DNA from: a virus
Lineage: Duplodnaviria; Heunggongvirae; Uroviricota; Caudoviricetes
IMG/VR virus record: IMGVR_UViG_2579778842_000003
DNA length: 64,000 nucleotides
Strand: one strand, 5' to 3'
The notes beneath the pieces were generated by a model, which ran no database searches, was not told the DNA's origin, and saw only the letters and a program-made list of their open reading frames with translations. Of this stretch, positions 1-10,800 are shown one piece after another. Made by a program: the position numbers and the translations under genes. Numbering within the stretch: position 1 is the stretch's first letter; each line of letters begins with the position of its first letter.

Positions 1-227
1 CCCCAGAAGTGCCGGATCCGAAAAGAAGAACTAACTCGTTGTGGAGAATAACAAAAATGGTCATCTGGAGCTTACAGGTGGCCATTCGTGGGACAGTATC
101 CCTGACAGCCTACAAAACGCAATTGAAGAACGCGAGGCATCGTCTTAACGAGGCACCGAGGCGTCGCATTCTTCAGATGGTTCAACCCTTAAGTTAGCGC
201 TTATGGGATCACTCCCCGCCAGGTCTC

Positions 228-383
228 TTACCTTTCAGATTCGTAGGCTGTGAAGACAGTGACCTCCGTCTGGCCGGTTCGGATTCGTACCTCGCAGAGG
301 TCTTTCCTCGTTACCAGTGCCGTCACAATGACGGTTAGACAGATGACGATCAGAGCGATTAACATCGCTTTTTGCTGCTTCAT
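228..383 (-). CDS. hok: Hok/Gef-family type I toxin (51 aa, below the ORF-track cutoff)
   Basis: Manual translation of minus strand gives MKQQKAMLIALIVICLTVIVTALVTRKDLCEVRIRTGQTEVTVFTAYESER, which closely resembles Gef/HokC as recalled; single TM helix plus conserved RKDLCEV motif. Confidence 0.7.
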   Translation of the reverse strand: MKQQKAMLIALIVICLTVIVTALVTRKDLCEVRIRTGQTEVTVFTAYESER

Positions 384-441
384 AGCCTGCTTCTCCTTGA
401 CCTTTTGGTCGGTAAGAGGCTAATCTACGTATGCTAAGCAT
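235..441 (-). CDS. mok: Mok-like overlapping leader ORF (translational coupler for hok)
   Basis: 68-aa ORF in a different frame that starts upstream of hok and overlaps almost all of it, the classic hok/mok arrangement. Confidence 0.4.
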   Translation of the reverse strand: MLSIRRLASYRPKGQGEAGYEAAKSDVNRSDRHLSNRHCDGTGNEERPLRGTNPNRPDGGHCLHSLRI

Positions 442-520
442 AGATATGGCCTCAGATTAATGTTAAGCGTCTTGCAGGACGCGTAATGTTATCTGGGGCT
501 TTCTTCTATCTGCTTTTCGG
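400..520 (+). ncRNA. sok: Predicted Sok-like antisense RNA region (boundaries approximate)
   Basis: Inferred from hok/mok architecture only: an antisense RNA would be expected opposite the mok start and leader. No promoter was mapped with confidence. Confidence 0.2.
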
Positions 521-564
521 GTCATGCCTGAAGCAGATAGCCTCAAGCACCCGCAACGATTGTA

Positions 565-810
565 TCAATGTCTGGCTTTTTTTCTATAGAAATCACCTGG
601 AAGGGTGAATATCCACATCAGAAGAAATGTTGCAGCAAACATGATCCCTAATGGCCAGACCGCGCCAAAGAAAATCCATACTAAGATCTCCTCTGCTCGT
701 TCTTTGCGGTAGATATCGACAAGCATTTTTCGGCTGATCATGTATACACAGAAGCCAATACAAACATATCCTGCAAAAGCGATCGCTAACTGTAAAAAAT
801 CAGATTGCAT
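565..810 (-). CDS. Small two-helix membrane protein (about 81 aa from an internal ATG with a GAGG RBS)
   Basis: Hydrophobic ORF downstream of repL; C1-operator-like half-site (gattagagcaat) about 40 nt upstream. Confidence 0.4.
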   Translation of the reverse strand: MQSDFLQLAIAFAGYVCIGFCVYMISRKMLVDIYRKERAEEILVWIFFGAVWPLGIMFAATFLLMWIFTLPGDFYRKKARH

Positions 811-860
811 CTCCGACCTCAAACTGAAAACGCCAGGTGACTCCAGATTAGAGCAATCTA

Positions 861-1706
861 TCACCCCCTGAATCCTGCCGGTATACCCCATTTTTCGTTA
901 TCTTTATTTTTGGCTAAAACCGCATTAAGAGCTTCGTTTACCGTCATGCAATGCGGTAGATTATCGAAGTTTGATATCCCGCCAATATCAGGCGAACGCT
1001 TGTTCTTCAGGTAAGCATATTTCCGCGCAGCCGCCTCTACTTTCTGCTTGAACTCATGTTTTTGAGCGCGTTTTTTGGATAACCGCAGATTGTCAGCCTT
1101 TGCTTTTGCCTCAGCGATCCATGAAGTCAATTTTTTGAGTCTGGTCGTTCCGGCACCGCCGGAAACTGATCTTTTTGTTTTTTTAACTTGTGACTTCTTA
1201 TTCTTTATTGCCACGTCATCCTGACAGGGGGAGGGGGTATCATTTTGACATGGGGGTGTGGATAAAAAATCAAATAAAGCCAATGTCTTAGCGAGAACAG
1301 CTTTAACCTTGGTTGCCGCTGAAGAGATCTTTAATTTGCTTTCAATCAGCGCATTTTTGGTTTGTTGTGCGAAGGCCAAAAAGGATGGTGTAAACCGGTA
1401 CAGGTTAGCGCGACGTTCACGGTGATCGCCGATAACAATCTCTACAGATAGAATTCCTTTGTTTACAGCTTCACGGAATGCACGAACGACGGTTGATTGG
1501 CTATAACCAGTTTCTGCCGCGATCAGGCGGTGGGGCTTGTGAATGAAGTATTCACTGGTTGTTGCCGCGAGATTTGCACATTGCGACAGGATATGCCCGG
1601 CGCTACGGGATAGACCGGAGTGTGTTACAAAGAAGGCCAATTCATAGCCAGAAAAAGTAAAATCGCTCATCGTTATACAGCTCAGGAAAGTGACTTTAGC
1701 CAGCAT
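861..1706 (-). CDS. repL: Lytic replication initiator RepL
   Basis: 281 aa, matching P1 RepL length; immediately downstream of kilA in the same orientation. The P1 lytic origin is expected within this gene. Confidence 0.8.
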   Translation of the reverse strand: MLAKVTFLSCITMSDFTFSGYELAFFVTHSGLSRSAGHILSQCANLAATTSEYFIHKPHRLIAAETGYSQSTVVRAFREAVNKGILSVEIVIGDHRERRANLYRFTPSFLAFAQQTKNALIESKLKISSAATKVKAVLAKTLALFDFLSTPPCQNDTPSPCQDDVAIKNKKSQVKKTKRSVSGGAGTTRLKKLTSWIAEAKAKADNLRLSKKRAQKHEFKQKVEAAARKYAYLKNKRSPDIGGISNFDNLPHCMTVNEALNAVLAKNKDNEKWGIPAGFRG

Positions 1707-1735
1707 TACAATGCTGGTGGTTCTTACTACGTCTG

Positions 1736-2536
1736 TTAGCGCGTTGCCGCGACAGGTACCAGCACACCAGCATCAAGCAATCGCTTCATCAGCCACTGCT
1801 GACCTTTGCCGGTTATACGAGTCGTGAAAGAAATCCTGCTTCCATTGCTTGTATCGATCACGGTTTCTTTAAGGGTGAAATACCCACGGGATATGTATTC
1901 TTGTTTGGGGACGTTCCTGCGTTCACCGGTTGCGATCAGAATTCCGTTATCACGCAACCAGGTGAAGAGATAGTTTTGGCCCAGGCCGAGCACTTTGGCA
2001 TAGTTGCCGATTAGAACCCCACTGGCGGTAGCAACGCGTTCGGCGAATTCGACTTTAGGTGCATCCATCAGCATTTTTTGCTCCAGCCGTTGCTTTTGCT
2101 CTGCCAGGTCAGCAGCCAAACGGAGAGCTTCTGGGAGGCTCTTCGGAATAGCAGGTTGTAATCTTCCAGCGCGATAGTCGATAAATGTCTGGTTTACCTT
2201 CAGCCGAAACGCGGGAGAAATCCAACCAGCGTACTCCACTGCGAGCAATTCATGGGCAAAAGTGCCGCCGCCACGGCCTTCGAACGAAACTATGCAATTC
2301 TGCATAGTTTCTTTTTCCAGCTCTTCGATGAGCTGTTTGGCTGACAGCGTTCTTAGCCATTGAGCTGGCGCTTTATGGGCACCGAGTCCGCTCGCTCTGT
2401 GTAGAGCATTAAGGTTGTAACGGCCAGCGCGGTCGGTCGTAATTTCAACACCACAAATAACGGGCAGAGTGGTGGAAGGATCGACATTTTGATGAAGGTT
2501 TGATATATTCATATCCGCATTGAATGTTTGTTGCAT
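1736..2536 (-). CDS. kilA: KilA (KilA-N domain with antirepressor-like C-terminal domain)
   Basis: 266 aa as in P1 KilA; C-terminal half is paralogous to the C-terminus of the upstream Ant ORF; C1 operator immediately upstream. Confidence 0.8.
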   Translation of the reverse strand: MQQTFNADMNISNLHQNVDPSTTLPVICGVEITTDRAGRYNLNALHRASGLGAHKAPAQWLRTLSAKQLIEELEKETMQNCIVSFEGRGGGTFAHELLAVEYAGWISPAFRLKVNQTFIDYRAGRLQPAIPKSLPEALRLAADLAEQKQRLEQKMLMDAPKVEFAERVATASGVLIGNYAKVLGLGQNYLFTWLRDNGILIATGERRNVPKQEYISRGYFTLKETVIDTSNGSRISFTTRITGKGQQWLMKRLLDAGVLVPVAATR

Positions 2537-2605
2537 TTTTTCTCCAAATTTGCATCAACCTTCAATCACCAGCTCGAAATGGTGATTCTTTGCACTTAGA
2601 AAACG

Positions 2606-2622
2606 AAATTTATTAGAGCAAA
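2606..2622 (-). promoter_or_regulatory. C1 operator (Op53-like) controlling kilA-repL
   Basis: aaatttattagagcaaa matches the reverse complement of the 17-bp C1 operator consensus ATTGCTCTAATAAATTT at 16/17. Confidence 0.6.
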
Positions 2623-2699
2623 TTTTTCTGACTCGATCCAGATCGGGTTGGACGATCTGCTCAGAAACCTGCCAGTTAGCTGGCAGGTTTTTTCTTTTG

Positions 2700-3734
2700 T
2701 TAACCTATTGCTACTGGTTTTAACAAACCAGCATCAAGTAGCTTGCGAGTTAACCACTGCTGGCCTTTACCCGTTAATTGGGGCGTCAGCCGTATCTGGT
2801 AGCCATTTTCATCATCCAGCACCACTTCTTTCACCGTGAAATACCCGGCGTTAATGTACTGCTGGCGCGGTACGTTTTTGCGCGCACCAAAAGCCATGAG
2901 AATGCCGTTCTGGCGCAACCATGAGAAAAGGGCGTTTTGCTTAAGTCCAACGACCTTTGCAAAGTCCCCGATCAGGATTCCATTAGCCGCTGATACCCGG
3001 TCGGCAAAATCGACTTTAGGGGCTGCGGCCACCAGCTGTTGTTCCAACTGCATTTTCTGTTCTGCCAACTCGGCAGCCAGGCGTAGAGCTTCTGGTAATG
3101 TTTGGGGGATCGATGGGGTAGGGGAGTTTGCCTGCTGCAATTCTTCCAGTTTGTCGATCAGCGAACGGCGGACCGCTTTTGACTCGCGCGCGGCAACTCG
3201 CAGGGCTTGTTTGTAGGTCATGGTTATAATATCTATTTCTGCGCCGTTTTTTTGACCTACGAAAATTTCGTAGGTTTCTCCTTCAAGCTCATCCTTAACT
3301 CTGGCAATGAAATCATTGTTGCGAACTGGTTTTTCGCTACATAATTTCCGTGCCTCATTGACCATCTTCAACAATGTTTGGCTGTCGATTGTGTCTCCGG
3401 TGTTGGGGATGACATTCAGGGCTGGTGCTGGCGTAGCTGAAGCAACAGGTGCTGGTTTTTCAACATTTAAATTATTACCGGTCATTCTATGTGCCTCCTT
3501 TCTCATTTCTGCTGCCACTGTTGCGTAACGTAGACGTCCTTGTTCAATCAAATAATCCCTGATCTCGGCTATCAGTAGCCTGTTGATCACAGCCTTATCT
3601 GTTCGGGTATAAAAACGTCTGGTTATCATGAAATAGTTAGCAATTGCGCCGGGGATCTCCCGTGTCGGCATACAGGCAGTATGCAAGGCGATCGCTTCGG
3701 CTATTTCATTACGGGTGACGAGAGGTGTTTTCAT
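2700..3734 (-). CDS. ant1: Antirepressor Ant1 (Ant2 would be an in-frame internal start)
   Basis: 344 aa; antirepressor-like C-terminal domain; sits downstream of icd and the c4 region as in P1 immI. Confidence 0.8.
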   Translation of the reverse strand: MKTPLVTRNEIAEAIALHTACMPTREIPGAIANYFMITRRFYTRTDKAVINRLLIAEIRDYLIEQGRLRYATVAAEMRKEAHRMTGNNLNVEKPAPVASATPAPALNVIPNTGDTIDSQTLLKMVNEARKLCSEKPVRNNDFIARVKDELEGETYEIFVGQKNGAEIDIITMTYKQALRVAARESKAVRRSLIDKLEELQQANSPTPSIPQTLPEALRLAAELAEQKMQLEQQLVAAAPKVDFADRVSAANGILIGDFAKVVGLKQNALFSWLRQNGILMAFGARKNVPRQQYINAGYFTVKEVVLDDENGYQIRLTPQLTGKGQQWLTRKLLDAGLLKPVAIG

Positions 3735-3952
3735 AAACCCCCCTGAACGTCGGCAGAGAAGGGGAGGCTCCAGTAACTAAGTGAATTGCGCGAGTTAGTT
3801 GAAAAACGGGCAGTAAAAATGCAGGGGCCATCAGGCAATTGAGAGCGTGCTTCGTCTTCAGTTGCTGCGATAACGAAGTGATAGTGGTGTTTTTTACAGG
3901 AATAGAAACGCCAGATGAATTCTGGGCGTGCGCAAGGATTGGCATTAACCAT
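3731..3952 (-). CDS. icd: Icd (interference with cell division)
   Basis: 73 aa, the length recalled for P1 Icd; stop overlaps the ant1 start; RBS lies in the c4 target region. Confidence 0.65.
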   Translation of the reverse strand: MVNANPCARPEFIWRFYSCKKHHYHFVIAATEDEARSQLPDGPCIFTARFSTNSRNSLSYWSLPFSADVQGGL

Positions 3953-4009
3953 AGTTACGGCCTCACAATCAGGTTTAACAACCTGCTACCCGCTGTCAAA
4001 CAGGTGGCA

Positions 4010-4100
4010 GGACGTGACAGGGTTGACAGACTGGCGATTGTGAAACCAGCAGGCCGAAGCCTCCCCATCACGCCCCACCATAATTTGGGCGTAACGCGGT
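4010..4100 (-). ncRNA. c4: c4 antisense repressor RNA (approximate position)
   Basis: Direct repeats cacaatca and gctgtcaaac occur at 4148-4170 and again at 3964-4001 over the icd RBS; complementary segments (gattgtg, ggttgacag) lie between them at about 4021-4042, matching the c4 a'/b' versus a/b target logic. Confidence 0.35.
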
Positions 4101-4266
4101 TTAACGGACACAAAAATACCGCAATATCGGAAATCTGCGGTTGTCCGCACAATCATTCAGGCTGTCAAACCTGGTCGCAGAATTTGCTACGACGGCGAAA
4201 CTATAAGCCTGAACGATTAAAAGGTCAATATGATGCGAAAAGATAGCATTCGCGACTTAAAAATAC

Positions 4267-4283
4267 AAATTTATTAGAGCAGG
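4267..4283 (-). promoter_or_regulatory. C1 operator (Op51-like) at the immI promoter
   Basis: aaatttattagagcagg, 15/17 to the operator consensus. Confidence 0.55.
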
Positions 4284-4564
4284 TGAGCGTAGTGCAATAG
4301 ATGTATTATTTGTGATGAAAAATAATGCAGAGGGATATTGTTACTTTAAGATGGATATCAATAGTCGATACATAAATTAAGTTAGCAATAAACTATTAAC
4401 TTAAGAAATAATGCAGATGGTGAACTTATCTCTGACTTTTCAGCTATACACAATAAGTTAGGGATAGCTTATAAAAAGTTGATTATTTGATATAAGTCAA
4501 TGGGAGTATTCTTGTTTACTTTCCGTTCTCGTGGTAACTTCTCGCCGGTTTTTGTTTTTCTGGG

Positions 4565-5086
4565 ATGATTCTTATGTCTAAAAAGTATACTTTATGCGCT
4601 CTTGTTGTATCTGCAATTCTTCTTTCTGGGTGTCAATCTAGCGGTGCTGATTATGCTGCCGATGTTTATGATACCGCTCAATTGAATTCGAAGCAGGAAA
4701 CAAAGACAGTCAATATTATCTCTGTGCTTCCAGCTAAAGTGAAAGTTGATAATAAAGCTAATAAAGAAGCGGCACAGACATTTGGTGCGGTACTGGGAGC
4801 TGTTGCTGGGGGCGTTGCCGGTTATAATGTTAAAGGCACATCGACACTGGGTGCTGTAGCTGGCGGTACTGGTGGTGCGGCTCTTGGTGCAGCGGCTGGT
4901 TCTTTGGTTAGTGATAAAACAATTGTTGAAGGTGTTTCACTGACTTATAAAGAAGGAACTAAGGTGTTCACTTCAACTCAAGTTGGTAAAGCATGCCAGT
5001 TTACAACGGGGCTTGCTGTGCTTATTTCAACTAAAGATAATGAAACTCGAATTCAGCCAAATGCTACTTGTCCAGAAAAGAAATAA
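4565..5086 (+). CDS. Lipoprotein with glycine-zipper region (SlyB/Pcp-like)
   Basis: Signal peptide with lipobox LLSGC; Gly/Ala-rich AVAGGVAG and GAVAGGTGGAALGAAAG repeats; AT-rich gene divergent from immI. Confidence 0.65.
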   Translation: MILMSKKYTLCALVVSAILLSGCQSSGADYAADVYDTAQLNSKQETKTVNIISVLPAKVKVDNKANKEAAQTFGAVLGAVAGGVAGYNVKGTSTLGAVAGGTGGAALGAAAGSLVSDKTIVEGVSLTYKEGTKVFTSTQVGKACQFTTGLAVLISTKDNETRIQPNATCPEKK

Positions 5087-5089
5087 TTT

Positions 5090-5629
5090 ATGAATAAAAT
5101 TATTTTATTTCTAATCTTTTCTACGTTTAGTGTAGGCACTGCCTTGGCTAACTCGTTGCAAAGTCAAATTGCTGCTATTGCTCAAGCGGAAAATGAAGGG
5201 CGAGCTAAAGAGCAGCAAGCTGAGGATGCCAGAAAAGAACTTATTCGCCAACAAGCACAAGCTGAACGTATTAGAAGAGAAAAAGCAGCATCTGCCGCTG
5301 CTGCACGCGAAAAACAGCGTGTTGCTGCAGAAAATGAACGTAGAGCGAAACGAGAAGCCGAGCTAGCAAATGACAAGAAGCGAGATCAAGCTTATGAGGA
5401 TGAGCTTCGCAAGCTGCAACTCGAAAGCATGAAACTCGAACTGCAAGCAAAAGCGGCTCGTGTCCAGCGAGAAAACGATTTTATAGAGCAGGAGTTGAAG
5501 GAGAGAGCAGCTAAGACAGATGTAATTCAGTCTGAGGCTGATGCAAATAGAAATATTTCTACAGGAAGTAAAGATTTACTGCAAAGCGAAGGAAAAGCTA
5601 GAGAGAAGAAAGCTAGCAGTTGGTGGTAG
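5090..5629 (+). CDS. Secreted charged coiled-coil protein
   Basis: N-terminal signal peptide (LFLIFSTFSVGTALA) followed by a long E/R/K/A/Q-rich helix; AT-rich, probably co-transcribed with the lipoprotein. Confidence 0.6.
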   Translation: MNKIILFLIFSTFSVGTALANSLQSQIAAIAQAENEGRAKEQQAEDARKELIRQQAQAERIRREKAASAAAAREKQRVAAENERRAKREAELANDKKRDQAYEDELRKLQLESMKLELQAKAARVQRENDFIEQELKERAAKTDVIQSEADANRNISTGSKDLLQSEGKAREKKASSWW

Positions 5630-5668
5630 TAATCACTACGATTGCGAGCATACTGTCACAAATGACAA

Positions 5669-6276
<608 letters not shown>

Positions 6277-6286
6277 GGGGGCTGAT

Positions 6287-6898
6287 ATGGGGCTTAATGT
6301 TGCTTCAGTAAAGTCTTATGTATCTTCGGCATTAACGACGACATTATTTGGCTCCGGCGTTGGTGAGCGGGAAGTTGGTAAGCTGACGTCAATCATCATG
6401 AACAAAATGCTGTTCGCGCAAGGATGGCAGTTCTCTGTCGAAGTTGATGGACTGGAGGGGGCAGACTTCTTTGCCAAAGACATTACCTACCACGATTACA
6501 GCATCGAATATGAAACGATTAAAATCGGCGGAGGGAATATCCTTCAACCAACGGAGCGTTCGCCTGGGCAGATAACAATGATGGTCAGGGATACCGTTGA
6601 TGGCCTCGTTTTAGACTGGTTTAAGACGGCAAAAAGTCGGGTGATCAATCCGGACGGTACCGGGAATATACCGTCTAAATATTTGCTCAATGTGCGTATT
6701 TATCGGTTGCTGTCTTCCGGCTTAACCAAACTGGAAAATGAGATGACGGTATTCCCGGTCACTACCGGCGATGTCACCTATGCGCGGGATCAGGTTACGG
6801 AATTTAAGTCATTCCCAATGACCTTCGCATTGCACAGCACGTTTAACCAATCCTCAAGTTCTTTGGCTTCCCTTCTGGGCTTTAGTTTTTCTCTTTGA
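6287..6898 (+). CDS. Hypothetical protein (putative morphogenetic)
   Basis: 203-aa ORF with RBS, tightly packed with neighbours. Confidence 0.55.
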   Translation: MGLNVASVKSYVSSALTTTLFGSGVGEREVGKLTSIIMNKMLFAQGWQFSVEVDGLEGADFFAKDITYHDYSIEYETIKIGGGNILQPTERSPGQITMMVRDTVDGLVLDWFKTAKSRVINPDGTGNIPSKYLLNVRIYRLLSSGLTKLENEMTVFPVTTGDVTYARDQVTEFKSFPMTFALHSTFNQSSSSLASLLGFSFSL

Positions 6899-6912
6899 AT
6901 TAAGGAGCAAGG

Positions 6913-7794
6913 ATGCTTTTACCCCTTTTCCCGCTACCATCGCGGCCAACTGAATTGATCCAGTTCCGTCAGCCAAATATTGCTGATGCGATGCGTTTCA
7001 ACTCGATAACACCGGAGGAACAAGAACAACAGACAACGGCGTATTTAAAAGCCTTGCTGGCTGAACCCGCGAAACATGATCCCCTGACATGGACGGCGCA
7101 GGACCGGATTACCGCGTTATGGTGGATATTTACCGGCTCCCGTGAAACACCGGTCGAGACATTCACCTACACCTGTAAACATTGCGGTAAAGAGCATTAT
7201 TACGATTGCGATATGAATGCTCTGGCTGAAGATATCCAGGTCCTGGAAGTGGAACCGTTCATTGACGATATTGAGGTGTCTGTAGAGGGCGTGCCTTATC
7301 AATGGCGTATCGTGCCGCTTGATGGTTGGGCAATGGAAATGCTGGAGATGCGCCGTGCAGCATTGCCACCTGAAGACGACGCGGAATTCAAAGAAGCGAT
7401 CGTTGATTTGCGTTTTTGGGAATTCGCTTATCAGTGTGAACTTTATAACGATGTTAGCGGTACTCGTGAAGAGCAGGCTGAGCGTCGTTATGAAACGATC
7501 AAACGGATGGCCATTGATACTGAATTTATGAAGCTGGCGGCACACATCCGGCTGGCTCATGAAAAGCTCGAACATGGTTTACCGTGCTACATCGATAAAG
7601 GCGAAATGCGTCTTCGTCTCCCGCCGCACAAATGCCCAAACCAGGATACAAAGGAGTCCACAGAGGGTGCGTATACCCGTCTGTGGGTGCCCTTTCGGGC
7701 TACCGACTTCATTCCACAGGTGGGGATTGAAAAGCTATCAGACCTTAGTGTCCAACCTGGTTTTGTATGGGGGTATACCGATTCAGGACGCTGA
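6913..7794 (+). CDS. Hypothetical protein with Cys-rich motif (CKHCGKEHYYDC)
   Basis: 293-aa ORF directly upstream of sit. Confidence 0.55.
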   Translation: MLLPLFPLPSRPTELIQFRQPNIADAMRFNSITPEEQEQQTTAYLKALLAEPAKHDPLTWTAQDRITALWWIFTGSRETPVETFTYTCKHCGKEHYYDCDMNALAEDIQVLEVEPFIDDIEVSVEGVPYQWRIVPLDGWAMEMLEMRRAALPPEDDAEFKEAIVDLRFWEFAYQCELYNDVSGTREEQAERRYETIKRMAIDTEFMKLAAHIRLAHEKLEHGLPCYIDKGEMRLRLPPHKCPNQDTKESTEGAYTRLWVPFRATDFIPQVGIEKLSDLSVQPGFVWGYTDSGR

Positions 7795-7875
7795 AAGGCT
7801 CACTGAATCCTATGCGTTTTTCCTGTTGGAGAAACTGGAAGAAAAACTTAAACCGAAGCGGTAGGCGATAAGATC

Positions 7876-10800
7876 ATGGAAAGAAAAAACGCCAACATTG
7901 ACGATGTGATAAGGACGGTTGAAACCGCCAGCGCAAAAGAGCTGGAAGAGCTTGCAGGTATTCGGGAAGCCGTTGAAGATTTGAAAGGTGGGCGAGTTGC
8001 TACAGTTGATCCTGTCTCTCGCAGTGTGTCGGCATTAAATCGCACAATCGAAAATTCCCGGCCAGACTTTGTGGCCAATGCGCCATCAGTGGACCCTATT
8101 GTTGAGGCAATGAAACGGCTTAATTTAGGGGACGTTTCTCGTGTAGTTCAGGAGGATGTTGCTCTACAGGAACCGCAGGCCAAATCAACTACGCGAAAGG
8201 GTAAAAAACGACGCAAGAAGGCTATAACAGAAGATGTAAAGGCGCAACGGACCGAAGCAGCCGAACACGCTCGCGAAATGTTCGGTCAAAAAGGCGGTGC
8301 GCAAAAAAGCCAAAACCAACGCGATGCGCGTGGTCGTTTTATTGGAAAGTCAGGGAGTAAGGCCGCAGCGGAAGATGCCCGTGCTGAACGTGCTGAAAAG
8401 GCCAGGCGCAAAGAGGATGATGAGCGTCTAAATGCTGAATCAGGTTTATTAAAAAAACTGTCAAAAGTAGCTGAAGGCATAGGTAACCCTTCAGAGACTC
8501 GTGCCGTCGATGCGTTAGGTTATGCCGTTGCTGGTCCATTGTGGGCAGCAGGGAAGGAGCTTGGCGGGATATCAAAAGAAGTTGGTGGATCGCTTAATGG
8601 TGCCAGAAAGTCTATTGCCGATGTGATTCGTGGCAATGACGATAACAGCCGTAGAAAAGGTTTTTTTAGGCGTAAATCGCAAAATAGTGCCGATGTCGTT
8701 CAGGTTAACACCCAAAAACGGACGGTTCAGGAACTTCAGGAGCAGACCAGCGAAATTAAAGAGGGCAATGACAAGATTCTCCGTGCCCTTGATCAGATAG
8801 CCAAAAACACCGGGAAAAAGAAGGGCGGCTTGCTGTCCAAACTATTTAGCCTGTTAGGGAAGGGGGCCGGTGGCGTCGCGTCGTTGTTAATGGGGCGTGG
8901 CATGCTGAAAAAAGCTGGAGCACTCGCTTTTGGCGCTCTGGGGGCAAAGAAACTTGTAGGAATGCTACGCGGTGGTGGCAAGAAGACTCTCGCCCATGAA
9001 GGCGGAGATTTGGCTGCCCGGGCAGCAGGTAAACTTGGATTAAAGGCAGTTGGTAAAGGGGCGTTACGCGCAATTCCCCTAGTCGGCACAGTGGCTGGAG
9101 GTATTTATGATGCGGTAACCGGTTGGAATGATACAGAAGCGCAACGTCGAGCGTTTGGGCTTAAATCAGGACAAGATCCATCATTCCAGCAAAAAGCCGC
9201 TTATACGTTAGCTAATGTTCTTGATATGGGGGGACTGGTATCTGGTATTAGCAGCGCCATTGGTGAGGCTCTCAAATCACTTGGATTTGAGGATATCGGC
9301 AATATGTTGCAATCATTTTCGACGGAAAGTATTGCCCAGGCCATTGATAGTGGGATTACCAACTTAGAAACATATATTTCTAACCTTGGCGACACCATTT
9401 CTACCAAGTTCGATGATTACACAGCAAAGATTGGTGATGCTGTTTCAGCATGGTTTAGCGATACATCTAATAAGTTGCTTGAAAAGCTGGATGCCATAAA
9501 AGACTTCTTTACTGTCGATAACCTGAAACAGGTTTTCAGTGATGCAATTGATAGTGTAATTGACTTCATTAAGAACCCAGGGAAACACATTAAAGAGGCG
9601 GCTGGTAATATTTGGGATGGGGTTAAAAATTTACCCGGTAAAGCATTAGATGCAGCGGTTGATGCCGTTAAAAATACCCCTGCGGCAATGATTGTATCAA
9701 AAATACCCAATCCGATCGGCGAGGCTAATGCGAAAGAAATCACTCCAGAGTTAAAAGCTCCGGTTAATAGCCACCAGGAGACGTCTAATTCTAAAACTGA
9801 ATCCGATGCCAAACAGAGTAATATTGCTACCCGCGTGATAAATGCGGCACTGGACACAGCGAAAGATAGCAATAAAACAGTTAAACAAACTGCCAATCAG
9901 ATTATCAATGCAAATGCCGTAGAAACGGGCAATAGCGCGTTGCAGAAAATTGATAAAGCTATTGGTCAAAATAGCTCGTCATCATCCTCGCTTAATACCA
10001 CTGGCACCAGGAATGACATTCAGAAAGCTGCGGATACCTACAATAATGGCAACTTGGATGTAAAAGTCGGAAGTCTTGGCGCTGAAGGTAAGGCAAATCT
10101 CGATAAGTTGGCTCCGTATTTTGCTGAACTAGAGAATAAATATGGCCTTCCTGAAGGTACTCTTTACGCGATCGCTGCAACTGAATCTGGTGGTGATCCT
10201 AACGCAAAATCTACGCTTACAAGATCACCAAATGGAAAGCTAAGTGGTGGCGCTCTCGGAATGTTCCAGTTTACGAGCGTTGCTCGTGAGGAAACTGGAT
10301 TATCCCGGGAAGATTCTTTTAATCCGGAAAAATCGGCAGAAGCTGCGGCTCTTCTCATGAGCAAGTATCTGAAGCAAGCCAATGGAGACTTAAACGAGGC
10401 CATCACTGCATATAACGCTGGGTTTGGCACTATCAATAAGTGGAAAAAAGGCACAGGTGACTTATCGAAAGAAAACCGTGAGTACGCGATCAAGGTCAAT
10501 ACTCATCGTGCTCGCTATTTAGGTGGTGAAATCTATACACCTGGAGCAGGAGCACAGGGTGGGGCGCAATATGGAGTGAGGGGACCACTGCCTGATAACG
10601 CTGTTATCGATCAGTCTACTGGCTTGGCGTTTACCCCTGGTGATAGCCCGTTTGAGAAAGGCGGTCTGGTAGACAAAATCGGCAATGCTGTTGGCGTTAA
10701 CGATCTGGTCAACAAATTCATGAATGGCCGGGGTATGCGTCGGGAAGTCGTTCAGGGAACGCTCGAAGAACGTGCGCGAGGGAAGGGGACCGCAACAGCA

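Noticed and set aside
9-197. 62-aa plus-strand ORF at the window edge
   Set aside because: Basic, low-complexity, no RBS, and lies in the 3' region of the hok transcript on the opposite strand.
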